Origin: Candidatus Latescibacterota bacterium
GTDB taxonomy: Bacteria > Latescibacterota > CBDEFO01
DNA: 64,000 bases
Assembly: GCA_965248755.1 (NCBI GenBank)
Contig: OZ252149.1
Coordinates: 3,712,001-3,776,000 of the forward strand
Reading direction: 5' to 3'
The notes under the pieces were generated by a model. It worked only from the letters and a program-made list of their open reading frames with translations, had not been told where the DNA came from and ran no database searches. Below, one piece after another: positions 1-11,317 of this stretch. Position 1 is the stretch's first letter; every line of letters starts with the position of its first letter. The translations under genes were made by a program, and so were the position numbers.

Positions 1-1
1 T

Positions 2-2719
2 TCTGGCTCGGGAAAATCTTCGCTGGCCTTCGACACCATCTACGCAGAGGGTCAGAGGCGATATGTGGAATCTCTGTCTGCTTATGCCAGACAATTCCTG
101 GGGCTTATGGAAAAGCCCGACGTGGACTATATAGAGGGACTATCCCCAGCGATATCGATAGAACAGCGCACGGCGGCTCGGAATCCACGATCTACGGTGG
201 GAACCGTAACAGAGATATACGATTACCTGCGCCTTCTCTTTGCAAGGATCGGTGTCCCGCACTGCTACAACTGCAAAAAGCCCATCGCACAGCAGACAGT
301 CCAGCAGATGGCCGATACAATCAAAAGCCTGCCCCAGGAGGCGAAGATACAGATACTTGCTCCGCTGGTTCGAGGGAGGAAGGGAGAATACAAAGAGGTC
401 TTCCAAAAGGCCCGAAAAGAGGGCTACGTGAGGGTCAGGGTGAACGGTGAAGTTATGACATTGGATAAGGACATAAAACTGGACAGGTACAAAAACCACA
501 ATATAGAAGTCGTGGTGGATAGACTCATAGTGAGCGAAAGGATCGCTTCCCGGCTTGCGGACTCACTCGAAACTGCCTTAAAGCTGGGAGAGGGCATTGT
601 GATGGTGGACGTGATTGACAAAGAGGAACTCCTCTTCTCCGAGCACTTTGCCTGCATCGACTGCAGAATCAGCTACGAAGAGATAGAACCCAGAGCCTTC
701 TCCTTCAACAGCCCTTATGGGGCGTGTACCGAGTGCGACGGCATCGGGACACAGATGAAAATTGACCCGGATCTTATTATACCTAACCCCAACCTTTCGA
801 TAGCAGAAGGGGCGATCGCCTGCTGGGGGGTTCCCAACATGCAGTGGTTCCACGGCGTCCTCTTATCCCTCTCCCGACACTACAAATTCACCTTAAGGAC
901 GCCCTTCTACAAGCTTCCAGAGCCGGCACAAAACGTCGTACTGTGGGGCACAGACGAAAGAATAGGGATGGCATACACCGACGATGAAGGAGTAGAGAGA
1001 AAGTACGAATCTAAATTTGAAGGCGTCATCCCGCGTCTTGAAAGGAGATACAAGCAGACCGAATCGCAGGAGGTCCGGGGATGGATAGAGAACTTTATGG
1101 GCACAAAGCCCTGCCCTGCCTGCAAAGGCGCAAGGCTCAAAAAGGAGAGCCTTGCTGTGGAGCTCAGAGACCTTAATATCACAGAACTTACCTCGATGTC
1201 GGTCAACGATACAGCCAGATTCTTTGACAAGTTGAATCCCACGAAAAGAGAAGAGGCCATCGCCCACCAGATCATCAAAGAGATAAAAGAAAGGCTCAGC
1301 TTCCTTGTGAACGTTGGCGTGGACTATCTAACGCTTGGCAGAAGGGCCTACACGCTTTCAGGCGGAGAGGCTCAGAGAATTCGCCTTGCCACGCAGATAG
1401 GCTCACAGTTAGTCGGCGTGCTCTACATCCTGGATGAACCCAGCATAGGATTGCATCAAAGGGACAACAGACGGCTTCTGGACATGCTCCTTGCCCTCCG
1501 AGACCTCGGAAACACAGTCCTGGTCGTCGAGCATGACAAGGAGACCATACTGACGGCGGATCACGTGATCGACATGGGGCCCAGAGCAGGGGCCGACGGC
1601 GGGAGGGTCGTCACCTTCGGCAGCCCTTCGGAGGTCGCAAAGAACGGATCGCTAACGGGGCAATATCTCTCAGGGGCAAAGAAGATCCCGGTTCCTTCAG
1701 ACAGGCGCCCCGGAAACGGAAGATATATAGAGATCGTCAAAGCCCAGGGTAATAATCTCAAATCGATCGATGTCAAGATCCCATTGGGGACGTTCACCTG
1801 CGTCACAGGAGTCTCTGGCTCAGGAAAATCCACGCTTATCAACGAGACGCTCTACAGATCTCTGGCTCAGAAGATATACAGATCCAGGGATGCTGCGTTG
1901 AGCCATGAAAAGATCGTAAACTGGGGAGAGATAGACAAGGTCATAAACATAGATCAATCGCCAATAGGTAAGACCCCGCGCTCGAATCCAGCCACATACA
2001 CGGGACTCTTCACGTACATAAGAGAACTCTTTGTACAGATACCCGAGTCGAAGATGAGGGGCTACAAGCCAGGCAGGTTCAGCTTCAACGTAAAGGGCGG
2101 GCGATGCGAGGCTTGTAGAGGCGATGGGATCGTGAAGATAGAGATGCACTTTCTTCCGGATGTATATATCCCCTGTGAGGTCTGCAAGGGCAATCGGTAC
2201 AACAGAGAGACATTGGAGGTAAGATATAAGGGCAAGTCGGTAGCCGATGTTCTGGATATGACGGTTGAGGAGGCGCTTGGGTTCTTCCAGAATATTCCCA
2301 AGACAAAGCGCAAGCTCCAGACCCTGTACGAAGTGGGCCTGGGCTATATACATTTAGGTCAACAGGCGACTACTCTCTCGGGAGGAGAGGCCCAAAGGGT
2401 CAAGCTTTCGACCGAGCTTTCAAAGTTGAGCACCGGCAGGACGCTCTACATATTAGACGAGCCTACGACGGGGCTCCACTTTGAGGACATCAAGATGCTC
2501 TTAAACATGCTCTATAAGCTAGTGGGCAAGGGGAATACGGTCGTTGTGATCGAACATAATTTAGATGTGATAAAGACTGCCGATTACATAATAGACCTTG
2601 GACCTGAGGGCGGAGACGAAGGAGGATGGATTGTCGCAGAGGGGACGCCTGAGGAGATAGCGCAGATAGAAAAATCGTATACGGGGAGGTTCTTGAAGAA
2701 GGAACTGGGGATACTATAG
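2..2719 (+). CDS. uvrA: Excinuclease ABC subunit A (5' end outside window)
   Basis: Frame open from base 2 ([26 protein letters not shown]); two ABC modules ([16 protein letters not shown]) and Cys zinc fingers typical of UvrA. Confidence 0.98.
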   Translation, partial: SGSGKSSLAFDTIYAEGQRRYVESLSAYARQFLGLMEKPDVDYIEGLSPAISIEQRTAARNPRSTVGTVTEIYDYLRLLFARIGVPHCYNCKKPIAQQTVQQMADTIKSLPQEAKIQILAPLVRGRKGEYKEVFQKARKEGYVRVRVNGEVMTLDKDIKLDRYKNHNIEVVVDRLIVSERIASRLADSLETALKLGEGIVMVDVIDKEELLFSEHFACIDCRISYEEIEPRAFSFNSPYGACTECDGIGTQMKIDPDLIIPNPNLSIAEGAIACWGVPNMQWFHGVLLSLSRHYKFTLRTPFYKLPEPAQNVVLWGTDERIGMAYTDDEGVERKYESKFEGVIPRLERRYKQTESQEVRGWIENFMGTKPCPACKGARLKKESLAVELRDLNITELTSMSVNDTARFFDKLNPTKREEAIAHQIIKEIKERLSFLVNVGVDYLTLGRRAYTLSGGEAQRIRLATQIGSQLVGVLYILDEPSIGLHQRDNRRLLDMLLALRDLGNTVLVVEHDKETILTADHVIDMGPRAGADGGRVVTFGSPSEVAKNGSLTGQYLSGAKKIPVPSDRRPGNGRYIEIVKAQGNNLKSIDVKIPLGTFTCVTGVSGSGKSTLINETLYRSLAQKIYRSRDAALSHEKIVNWGEIDKVINIDQSPIGKTPRSNPATYTGLFTYIRELFVQIPESKMRGYKPGRFSFNVKGGRCEACRGDGIVKIEMHFLPDVYIPCEVCKGNRYNRETLEVRYKGKSVADVLDMTVEEALGFFQNIPKTKRKLQTLYEVGLGYIHLGQQATTLSGGEAQRVKLSTELSKLSTGRTLYILDEPTTGLHFEDIKMLLNMLYKLVGKGNTVVVIEHNLDVIKTADYIIDLGPEGGDEGGWIVAEGTPEEIAQIEKSYTGRFLKKELGIL

Positions 2720-2893
2720 ATAAGCAGACAGAGGTACCGTCTCTATCGCAAGAACGAGATTGCTTTCCCCCGATCCCCGATTCACTCTTTCGGGTGTTCA
2801 ATCGGGTGCACTCGCAATGACAGTTCATCTGTTGCCGAGCTTTCAGTCATTGAGACGTGCTAAACGCTGAAGCAAGCTCAACGGATAGATAAC

Positions 2894-3520
2894 ATGCCCA
2901 CCAGGATATACCTCATAAGACACGGACAGACTGGCTTCAATGCTGAGGGTAGGATACAGGGACAGATGCACAATCCCTTGAGCCAGAAAGGACATAGACA
3001 GGCAAAAGCCTTAGCCCGACGCATCCAGAGCGAAGGGATAGAGTCGCTCCATGCGAGCGACCTGCTGAGAACCAGACAGACGGCAGAGCCTATATCTGAA
3101 GCCACAGGACTTCCAATAACGTTCCACACTGAATTCAGAGAGATATGCCTCGGAGACTTCCAGGGACTAACGTGGCCGGAAGCCGAATCAAAGTTTCCAA
3201 AGGAATGTGAACAGTATGTACAGGATTCCTTTGATTTTGTCTTTCCCAACGGGGAGAACTTCCTCCAGGTAAGAGATAGATCGTTCCGAAGGGTCTTGCA
3301 GATAGCCCATGAATATGAAGGTCAAAGGATAGCCGTGGTCACACACGGAGGTCCGATAGGACTTATGTTAGTTGAGTTCCTCATGGCGGACATAACTTTG
3401 TACAACCGCATCCTGACATACAATACATCCGTTAACATAGTGGAAAGGGGAGCGAACGGTTGGGAAATCGTCGCCTTAAACGATACCTGTCATCTGACGC
3501 CCGATTTGAAAGATGAATAG
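2894..3520 (+). CDS. Histidine phosphatase (phosphoglycerate mutase/CobC-like) family protein
   Basis: RHGQT motif near N-terminus, REICLG, VTHGG motif. Confidence 0.9.
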   Translation: MPTRIYLIRHGQTGFNAEGRIQGQMHNPLSQKGHRQAKALARRIQSEGIESLHASDLLRTRQTAEPISEATGLPITFHTEFREICLGDFQGLTWPEAESKFPKECEQYVQDSFDFVFPNGENFLQVRDRSFRRVLQIAHEYEGQRIAVVTHGGPIGLMLVEFLMADITLYNRILTYNTSVNIVERGANGWEIVALNDTCHLTPDLKDE

Positions 3521-3607
3521 GAGGCACAGAGGCTATTTAGCTGAGTCGAAAGGATTTTCACACTGAGACTTAAAATCCGCAACATCTCTACAGACAGAGG
3601 GAAGGCG

Positions 3608-4894
3608 GTGTCCCTGTCTACTGAACAGACAAGAATGTCTGTTCTACTGTCTACTTGTTTACTCCTAATAGTTGTTTTTCTCATTCCCCTCGACTCTCAG
3701 GCCGCTTTCGATCCCCAAATTCAAAGCCTTTTAGATCAGGTCTCAGTTGATAACCTGAGAAGGGATGTCCAGAGGCTGGAGGACTTTGGGACAAGATATG
3801 CCTTCTCAGACTCCATAGATGCAGTAAGCGATTGGCTGTTCAACCGATTTGTGGAACTGGGGTATGAGGAAGTCATTTTCGACCAGTTCAGCGCTTTTGG
3901 TAGGACGCACAGAAACGTCGTGGCGATCAAAAGGGGAACGAAAGACCCCGATAAGATAGTTGTCATAGGGGGACACTACGATTCTATAGTCACAGTGTCG
4001 GGAGGGAATCCGCTCCTATCTGCCCCTGGAGCTGACGACAACGCCACAGGGACATCGGCCACGCTTGAGATAGCCAGAATAGTTGGGGCTGTAGAGCTTC
4101 AATCCACCGTCTATTTCGTCCTCTTTGCAGTCGAAGAACTCGGCCTACTCGGAAGCAGACACTTTGCCGCAAGGGGCAAGGAGCAGGGTCTGGATATACA
4201 ACTGATGATCAACCTGGACGCGCTCGGCCACAACCCCGATTCTACAAAGGAGATACTCATAGTTTCAGACGAGATGTCCCTTCCATTTGCAGAGATCGCT
4301 GTCCAGATAGCCAAGGACTATACTGACCTTGTGCCGATAAGTCTGGACAGCAAAAAGGAAATAGAGCTCGTAAGGTGCGACTGCTCGGATCATCAGCCCT
4401 TCATAGATGCCGGCTACAGAGCCATTGCTCTTTCTGAGGCCAATCCCCTACGAAATCCCAATATTCATTTAAACACCGATCTGATAGGGACTCTACAGTT
4501 TCCCCTTTTTTTTGAGCTTACCCAGGTGGCGCTCGGGGTCCTAACCTCCACAGCCGGGATAGAGGTGATTACTGTCGTGCTTCAAGATCAGGATGAAGAG
4601 AACTTTCCTGAAGCTTTTGCCCTCCATCAAAATTATCCCAACCCTTTCAATGAAAAGACTCTGATAGCCTACACTCTTGCTCAGACCGCAGACGTAACTA
4701 TGACTATTTACAATCAGGTGGGACAGACCGTAGCCGTACTTGTTAAAGAGGTACAAGCCCCCGGCTATCACACCATAGCCTGGGATGCAAGAGACCAGAG
4801 CGGTTTTCCTCTATCCAGCGGGATATACTTCTACCACCTTGCGATAGGAGACTTCCAGCATACAGATGCAAAGAGGATGCTCCTCCTCAAGTGA
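3608..4894 (+). CDS. Secreted M28-family peptidase with C-terminal FlgD-like/secretion-sorting domain
   Basis: Signal peptide; HYDS, GADDNATG, EELGLLGS, SDH motifs; QNYPNPFN C-terminal domain. Start codon uncertain (3608 GTG or 3635 ATG). Confidence 0.88.
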   Translation: MSLSTEQTRMSVLLSTCLLLIVVFLIPLDSQAAFDPQIQSLLDQVSVDNLRRDVQRLEDFGTRYAFSDSIDAVSDWLFNRFVELGYEEVIFDQFSAFGRTHRNVVAIKRGTKDPDKIVVIGGHYDSIVTVSGGNPLLSAPGADDNATGTSATLEIARIVGAVELQSTVYFVLFAVEELGLLGSRHFAARGKEQGLDIQLMINLDALGHNPDSTKEILIVSDEMSLPFAEIAVQIAKDYTDLVPISLDSKKEIELVRCDCSDHQPFIDAGYRAIALSEANPLRNPNIHLNTDLIGTLQFPLFFELTQVALGVLTSTAGIEVITVVLQDQDEENFPEAFALHQNYPNPFNEKTLIAYTLAQTADVTMTIYNQVGQTVAVLVKEVQAPGYHTIAWDARDQSGFPLSSGIYFYHLAIGDFQHTDAKRMLLLK

Positions 4895-4919
4895 ACAGAT
4901 CCGTTTTGCCGAAAAACGA

Positions 4920-4977
4920 AAGGGGAAGCGCAAAGCTATGTCTTTGGATAGAACACAATCTTTGGCGCCTCCCCTCG
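4920..4977. terminator. Imperfect hairpin between convergent genes, possible terminator
   Basis: AGGGGAAGCGCAAAG...CTTTGGCGCCTCCCCT inverted repeat between stops at 4894 (+) and 5010 (-). Confidence 0.4.
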
Positions 4978-5009
4978 CTACGACCGAAATTTTGTAGATC
5001 CAGACGATA

Positions 5010-5765
5010 CTACACCTTCAGAAAAGCCCCCGGCTTATCCCACTGTCCCTTCTCGTAGAGGAACTTCACGCTCCTGTCCACCAATAGCTGACCGTCCTGT
5101 GCAAGCGTTATCTTAACCCTTTCCAGAGGTCTTGGAGCAGGACCTTCGTAGTTTACGCCGCTCATTTTAAATCCGCTGCCGTGACAGGGGCACTTGAATT
5201 TATCCTCAATGGCGAACCACCTGGGCGTGCATCCTAAATGCGTGCAGATCGCTGAAAGAGCATAGAATCCTTCCTCTTTTCTCACGATCCAGACCCTGTA
5301 TTCCCCGACCCATCTTTCGCTTACGGTTCCGACCTGGTACTCCTCAGGATAGCCCGACTTAAACGAAGGCGATGGTTCAAAGAGCACCCTCGGAAACATA
5401 GCCCTGACTAAACTACCGGTAGCAGCCAGTATTGCAGCCACAAAGCCGCCCCAGCCCAATCTTGTGATAAACTTTCTCCGCGAGCTTTCAGGGCTTTCCT
5501 TACCTAACTTCCCAGCCCCCTTTGTCTTCCTGGGATCTCTACCGACAGGTTCAGCTTTTGCTCCCGCATCAGCGGCCCGTTTCGATACAGCCTTTTGCGG
5601 AACTGCCTTGGCCGTTTGCCCTTCTTCTGTGACTTTCCTTTTGCTTACAGCCTTCTGCCTGACCGGTTTGGGCCCTTCCTGAGACGCATCGGCCTCTTTA
5701 ATGTTTTCTGGGTTTTCTGGCGTTTCTGTCTGTTCCTCTGCAGGATCCTTTGCCTCTTGGCCCAT
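5010..5765 (-). CDS. Rieske [2Fe-2S] protein (QcrA/PetC-like) with charged N-terminal extension
   Basis: CTHLGC and CPCHGS motifs; SRRKF Tat-like motif followed by hydrophobic helix. Confidence 0.92.
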   Translation of the reverse strand: MGQEAKDPAEEQTETPENPENIKEADASQEGPKPVRQKAVSKRKVTEEGQTAKAVPQKAVSKRAADAGAKAEPVGRDPRKTKGAGKLGKESPESSRRKFITRLGWGGFVAAILAATGSLVRAMFPRVLFEPSPSFKSGYPEEYQVGTVSERWVGEYRVWIVRKEEGFYALSAICTHLGCTPRWFAIEDKFKCPCHGSGFKMSGVNYEGPAPRPLERVKITLAQDGQLLVDRSVKFLYEKGQWDKPGAFLKV

Positions 5766-5992
5766 GTAACTTCACTCCTTAGATTTTATTGGATGCTCTT
5801 GCTCAACTAACGTTATTGACACAATCTAAACAATAACATTTACCGCACGCCCTGTCAAGTCCTTTGCACGTGTTACGAAGAGATTTTTAATTTGGTTTCG
5901 GGTCAAAATAATAAACAGCATACCAGGGTTGCCCTGCCGCCTTGAATGTAGGGGCTGGGTTACCAAACCCTTGGGGCGAGGGAACCTCGCCC

Positions 5993-6874
5993 CTACATCT
6001 GTCTACTTAATTTTGGGTCAAGGGCGTCTCTCAATCCGTCCCCGAACAGATTGAATCCCAATACGACCGTAAATATCGCAAGCCCCGGAAAGACGCACAC
6101 CCAGGGCTGCGTGGTAAGATACCTCTGCCCCTCGGTTACCATGGTCCCCCAACTGGGGATAGGCGGCTGAGCCCCTAATCCTAAAAAGCTCAACCAGGCC
6201 TCCGTAAGTATGTTGCCCGCCACCCTTATGGTCGCCGCTACGATAAGAGGGGCCATAGCGTTCGGTAAGACGTGCCTTAATATGATCCTCCACGTCCTGG
6301 CACCCAGCGCCCTTGCGGCCTGAGTGTACTCCTCCTGTCTGACGGACAGTATCTTGGCTCTTACCAGCCGCGCTATCCCGGTCCAACCTATGAACCCCAA
6401 CACGAAGAAAATTTTGTCTACAGACGGATTTTCGAAGATCGCCATCACCGCGATCACAAGAAGCGGAGCCGGCATCGCAAAAAATATGTCAGTGATCCTC
6501 ATGATAAGATTATCTATCCATCCGCCGTAGTATCCCGCTGCAGTTCCAAGGACTACGCCTATCCACACGGAGATCAGCATGGCTATAAATCCGACCTGAA
6601 GCGAAATTCTTGAGCCGTATATGATCCTGCTGAATATGTCTCTTCCCAGGTCGTCTGTCCCGAACGGATGCTGAAGGCTTGGAGGAGCCACGATGTTGGA
6701 TATATCTGTCTCCCATATATCAGAGTCCGGATAAGGATCGTAAGGGGCAAGGATTGGAGCCGATGCGCCCATCAAGATCAACCCAATTACAATTGCTAGC
6801 CCCACCAGCGCCATTCTGCTTTTTTTGAACTGTCTCCACGTTAAAGATATGAAAGAGTCAGTCTTTTTGATCAT
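5993..6874 (-). CDS. Peptide/nickel ABC transporter permease (DppC/OppC-like)
   Basis: HPFGTDDLGRDIFSR, EAA-type loop AARALGA, GDGLRDALDP terminus. Confidence 0.93.
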   Translation of the reverse strand: MIKKTDSFISLTWRQFKKSRMALVGLAIVIGLILMGASAPILAPYDPYPDSDIWETDISNIVAPPSLQHPFGTDDLGRDIFSRIIYGSRISLQVGFIAMLISVWIGVVLGTAAGYYGGWIDNLIMRITDIFFAMPAPLLVIAVMAIFENPSVDKIFFVLGFIGWTGIARLVRAKILSVRQEEYTQAARALGARTWRIILRHVLPNAMAPLIVAATIRVAGNILTEAWLSFLGLGAQPPIPSWGTMVTEGQRYLTTQPWVCVFPGLAIFTVVLGFNLFGDGLRDALDPKLSRQM

Positions 6875-7793
6875 ACGAGATCCTCGGATCTAAATAAGCA
6901 TAAGAAAGATCCACAATCAGATTCACAATTACAAATACAAAAGCCAGAAATATGACCACGCCTTCGACTACAGGCAGGTCCCTCATCCTGATGGCATCCA
7001 CAGCCGCCCTCCCAAGCCCGGGCCATGCAAAGACGGTCTCAGTGGCGACAGCCCCTCCCAAGAGACTTGCAAGGTCCACCCCGATAACTGTCACCACAGG
7101 GATAAGGGCGTTCTTCAAGGCGTGCTTTAAGATCACTTGCGCTTTTGAGAGCCCTTTAGCTCGGGCGGTCCTGACATAGTCCTGACCTATCACCTCCAGC
7201 ATGCTGGCTCTGGTCATCCTCGCAATATAGCCCACAGATACTGCCGAAAGAGACAGTGCCGGCAGGACAAGATAGGCCAGGCCACCATCTCCGTATCCTG
7301 CGACAGGGAACCACTCGAGATAAGATGCAAAGAGAACAATAAGCATCATCCCGAGCCAGAACACAGGCGTCGAGACGCCAATCATCGAGCCAGCCATGAC
7401 AATATCGTCCACTATAGAGCCTCTGTACATAGCCGCAAGGATGCCCGCGCTCATGCCCAGTATTACAGCTATAAAGAGAGATGCTAAAGTCAGCCTCAAT
7501 GTGGCGGGGAATCGCTCTCGTATTATCTTGGTCACCGCTCGCCTCTGCCTGTAGGACGTCCCCAGATCGCCCCTTGCGAGTTTCCCCAGGAACCTTGCGT
7601 ATTGCACGTAGACTGACCTGTCCAGACCCAATTCCGCCCGTATCCTCTTTACCACCGCAGGATCGCCGTGCTGTCCCAGGAGCAATCTTGCGGGATCGCC
7701 GGGCACTATAAACATAAGGACAAACACAATCGTGGCTATCCCCCACAGCACAGGGATAGTCATAAGCAGTCTCCTTATGGTATAGGCTATCAT
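6858..7793 (-). CDS. Peptide/nickel ABC transporter permease (DppB/OppB-like)
   Basis: MIAYTIRRLL start, PGDPA, DYVRTARAKGL, YAYLDPRI; overlaps the dppC-like gene. Confidence 0.93.
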   Translation of the reverse strand: MIAYTIRRLLMTIPVLWGIATIVFVLMFIVPGDPARLLLGQHGDPAVVKRIRAELGLDRSVYVQYARFLGKLARGDLGTSYRQRRAVTKIIRERFPATLRLTLASLFIAVILGMSAGILAAMYRGSIVDDIVMAGSMIGVSTPVFWLGMMLIVLFASYLEWFPVAGYGDGGLAYLVLPALSLSAVSVGYIARMTRASMLEVIGQDYVRTARAKGLSKAQVILKHALKNALIPVVTVIGVDLASLLGGAVATETVFAWPGLGRAAVDAIRMRDLPVVEGVVIFLAFVFVIVNLIVDLSYAYLDPRISYDQKD

Positions 7794-8168
7794 AGCCCCA
7801 GAAAGATAAAATGCCATAGCTTAAATGTCAACAACCAATTTCCGCTTGACTTACTGTATTTGACAGTTTATTATTCTCCAAGGAAGCCAGGACTATGAGG
7901 CTCGTCAAGTTATCGCTTTAGTGGCTGGTAAACCCATCCCTTCTGGCGACCACTGCGTGGCTTGTTGCCTCCACTCCCCAACAATGAACGCAGCGCCACG
8001 CCCCACTACTCTCGATAAGGTCAAGCACGGTAACGTTAGCCCCCATAATACCCACGGCAACTGAACACCTTGCTGACTTTCACATCAACTACCTCCATGG
8101 AAGTGAACCCGGCTTTGGAGCTGTGGGTTTTAAGCCGATCCCTGGGCGATAGCAAAAAAGAGGTTAGA

Positions 8169-8345
8169 CCCCCATTCCCATATTAGACCCAAAAAATGGT
8201 TGTCAAAGTGACCAGAACATGTTAGATTACAATAAATAAGACTCACAAATGGCGGATATATATTGATCATCCAGAGGGTGAAAGCATAAATATGGGATTT
8301 GATGGAAGTATTAAGCTTGAATTTCATGGTGCGAAGGTGACATCT
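8169..8345 (+). mobile_element. Degenerate left-end relic of the IS1380-family element
   Basis: CCCCCATTCCCATATTAGACCC... follows the first ~175 bp of the four full copies with several substitutions, then stops abruptly. Confidence 0.85.
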
Positions 8346-8415
8346 GGCGGGATCTGCAGCAGCTCATACACTTTCGTTCTTTTCTTCCAAAGACTTCAAT
8401 TGGGGGTGAGGGTTT

Positions 8416-10074
8416 ATGAAGAAGCGATTTGTATATTTACTGGCTTTATCTGCTGTAACAGCACATTTGCTATGCCTGTCCGCAAGCGAACCAGAAGAGG
8501 GAAAGGTCAGTCTCGTCGTCCAGATAACAGTTGACCAGTTCCGGGGCGATATTCCCCTGCGCTTCAAGAACCACTTCGGTCCTAACGGGTTCAGGTATTT
8601 GATGGAACAAGGGGTGTACTACACCAACGTCCACTACCAGCATTCAACCACTGTTACAGCAGTCGGGCATGCGACCCTGTTCACCGGAGGTCACACGGCA
8701 CAACATGGTATAGTCGGAAATGACTGGATCGATCTTGAGACCGGGAGACGCGTCGCCTGTGTGGAAGATGACAGGCACACGGTCATCGGTGAGAAGGCCA
8801 AAGCCCATAAAGGAACTTCGCCACGTAACCTGACGTCCAGCACGATCGGGGATGAGTTGGTGTTGGCATCGGGGGGTAAGTCGAGGGTATTCAATGTCTC
8901 ATTCAAAGACAGGGCAGCTATCATTCAGGGCGGACACCTGGGCAAGGCATTTTGGTTCTCGAAGAGTTCGGGTGAATTCGTCAGCAGCACCTACTATTAT
9001 GATGACTATCCAGAGTGGGTGGTGGTTTGGAACAAGGCCAAGCGTGTGGATAAATTCAGAGATCAGCCATGGGTACTCATGGATGATAAGGAATCCTACT
9101 TCTACAGTAATGCAGACGACAGGCCTTTTGAAAAATCCTACAAGAAGTTAGGACGGACGTTTCCCCACGCTCTCAACAATGTGAAGGACGAGGTCTACTA
9201 TGGAACCTTGACGTTCACCCCATTCGGCGACGAATTGACGCAGGCTTTTGCCAAAGGGTTAATAAGGTGGGAAAGACTGGGGCAAGGCGATGCCATCGAT
9301 ATGTTGTCCATCAGCTTTTCCTCGACCGACCGTATCGGCCACGCTTTTGGACCGCAGAGCCTTGAATATGAAGACAATGTGTTGCGACTCGATGCCTTAC
9401 TAGCGGATCTATTCGCCTATATTGACGAGACCGTGGGGCTGGATCGGACTGTTATCGTGCTTTCCTCCGACCATGGCACCGACGAGATCCCGGAATTCAA
9501 GCAAAGTTTGGGGTTTGAGGCAGGACGTCACTATCCGAAGCAGTTTATCGAGTCAGCCAATGCTGCTTTGCAGAGACGTTTTAATAGTATTGAGGATTTT
9601 ATCCTGGCTTTTTGGAATCCCGGCCTCTACCTCAATCTCGAAACCGTCCAGAAGCTCGGCCTTGACCCGGTAACGATAGAAAAAGCCCTAGCTGAAGAAA
9701 TGCTCAAGGTTCCCGGGATCGCGTATGCCGTGACCCGGTCTGACCTGTTGACCGGGAACGTGGCAAATATCCCCATCATGCACAGGGTACAGCGGGCGTT
9801 TCATCCGAAGCGGTCCGGCAACGTGATCATCATCCAGGATCAGTTCTGGTATCTCCACCCAAAGGCAGAAACATACTCGGCGATGCACGGTTCGCCGTAT
9901 AGTTATGATACCTATGTCCCGATTATGTTGACCGGTCCGAGTATCAAACCGAAGATGGTCCATCGCCAGGTGGCGCCGTCGGATATCGCCCCGTCACTGG
10001 CCTCCTATCTGGGCATCAAACCACCATCCGGATCTGCCGGTACGCCCCTTGTTGAGATGCTCGATGACCGATAG
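8416..10074 (+). CDS. Alkaline phosphatase family protein (PafA / nucleotide pyrophosphatase type)
   Basis: Signal peptide; ITVDQFRGD, TVTAVGHATL Thr nucleophile, SSDHG, MHGSPYSYD. Confidence 0.9.
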   Translation: MKKRFVYLLALSAVTAHLLCLSASEPEEGKVSLVVQITVDQFRGDIPLRFKNHFGPNGFRYLMEQGVYYTNVHYQHSTTVTAVGHATLFTGGHTAQHGIVGNDWIDLETGRRVACVEDDRHTVIGEKAKAHKGTSPRNLTSSTIGDELVLASGGKSRVFNVSFKDRAAIIQGGHLGKAFWFSKSSGEFVSSTYYYDDYPEWVVVWNKAKRVDKFRDQPWVLMDDKESYFYSNADDRPFEKSYKKLGRTFPHALNNVKDEVYYGTLTFTPFGDELTQAFAKGLIRWERLGQGDAIDMLSISFSSTDRIGHAFGPQSLEYEDNVLRLDALLADLFAYIDETVGLDRTVIVLSSDHGTDEIPEFKQSLGFEAGRHYPKQFIESANAALQRRFNSIEDFILAFWNPGLYLNLETVQKLGLDPVTIEKALAEEMLKVPGIAYAVTRSDLLTGNVANIPIMHRVQRAFHPKRSGNVIIIQDQFWYLHPKAETYSAMHGSPYSYDTYVPIMLTGPSIKPKMVHRQVAPSDIAPSLASYLGIKPPSGSAGTPLVEMLDDR

Positions 10075-10189
10075 ATGCTTGAAACAAGTACGTTGTGCTG
10101 ACAATCTCATTCGTTGAGTAGGTTCTGGGCAAGAGCAGCGCATTAGCCGTCGCCGCCAATGGTGACGCCTTCTGAAAGGAGAATGCAAC

Positions 10190-11317
10190 ATGGCCAGTGA
10201 ACACACGAATGAAAGTTCGTTTTTTGGCAATAAGCTCGGAGATAACCTGAAGAAGCTCTTCAGGTCTTGGCTCATTTACGGGCGGGAAGACGGGGCCAAA
10301 ATTCCGACAGCCGGGATCGTGCTGGTAGCTGGGATCGTACTGGTCACGATTTTCTATAACCTATTCTTGGTTTACGTGCAGCCCAATGAGTACGGGATCA
10401 AGGTGAACCGAGTTGGCCTGACCCGTGGCGTTCAAAAAGAGGTTTATCATGCGGGCCTGACTTTTGTTCTGCCTTTCGGATTGCAGCAAATGTACCGGCT
10501 ACCCAAAGTTATCCAGGTGCTGGAGTTGACCGACTCTCCCCGGACCGCCGCAAAGGGGGCGAGGCAAGAGCGGGCGGCCCATATTCAGACCTCTGACGGC
10601 TTTTTCGTGGACGTGGATGTCTCCATACTCTACCACATCACGGATCCCTACCTGGTTTTTACGACCATCGGCCCCGGAACCCTCTATGAGGACAATGGCA
10701 TCATTCCCAAGGCCGAAGCGGCCTTGAAAGAGACCCTGGGAAAGTTGACCACCGAAGAATTTTACAACAGCCCGATGCGGGTTCAAAAAACGGAAGAGGC
10801 CAAGGAGAGACTCAACAGAGAATTGAATTTAAAAGGCCTCGAAGTTGACCAGATGCTGGTGCGCTATTTTAAATACAGTCAGGAAATCCAGAAAAACATA
10901 GAGGAGAAGAAGCTTCAGGACCAGATGGTTTTCACGAACCAGGCGGCCGCCCGGGCGGCCAAGGAAGAGGCCGAGTTAAAGAAAATCATTCAGGAGGGGG
11001 TGGTCACTGTCGCCGTTGAGCTTGAAAAGGGCAAAGCCTATGTGACCCGGAAGACCGCCGAGAAGGATTTTTATGTTCGCAAGAAGAAAGCGGAGGCCGA
11101 CCTGCTGGTGAAGCTGGCGGAAGCAGAACGAGTGCGCCTGAAAAACAATGCGCTGAAAGGGATCGGCTCCGAGCGCATGGTGGCGCTGAAGATGGCCGAT
11201 GCTTACAAAGGTCTGGAGGTTATCATCCTGCCCAGCGATGGCCCGAACGGGGTCAACCCATTGGACTTGAACAAAACCTTGCGATTGTTCGACGTTCGCA
11301 AAGGAGGTGGCAAATGA
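10190..11317 (+). CDS. SPFH/Band-7 domain protein
   Basis: TM helix, YVQPNEYGI...IQTSDG.VDVDV SPFH pattern, Ala/Glu/Lys-rich coiled tail. Confidence 0.82.
   Translation: MASEHTNESSFFGNKLGDNLKKLFRSWLIYGREDGAKIPTAGIVLVAGIVLVTIFYNLFLVYVQPNEYGIKVNRVGLTRGVQKEVYHAGLTFVLPFGLQQMYRLPKVIQVLELTDSPRTAAKGARQERAAHIQTSDGFFVDVDVSILYHITDPYLVFTTIGPGTLYEDNGIIPKAEAALKETLGKLTTEEFYNSPMRVQKTEEAKERLNRELNLKGLEVDQMLVRYFKYSQEIQKNIEEKKLQDQMVFTNQAAARAAKEEAELKKIIQEGVVTVAVELEKGKAYVTRKTAEKDFYVRKKKAEADLLVKLAEAERVRLKNNALKGIGSERMVALKMADAYKGLEVIILPSDGPNGVNPLDLNKTLRLFDVRKGGGK

Noticed and set aside
7890..8160. Possible small RNA or gene between the dppB-like gene and the IS relic
   Set aside because: A promoter-like TTGACT-17-TATTAT lies at about 7847-7875, but I could not identify a convincing ORF or RNA family
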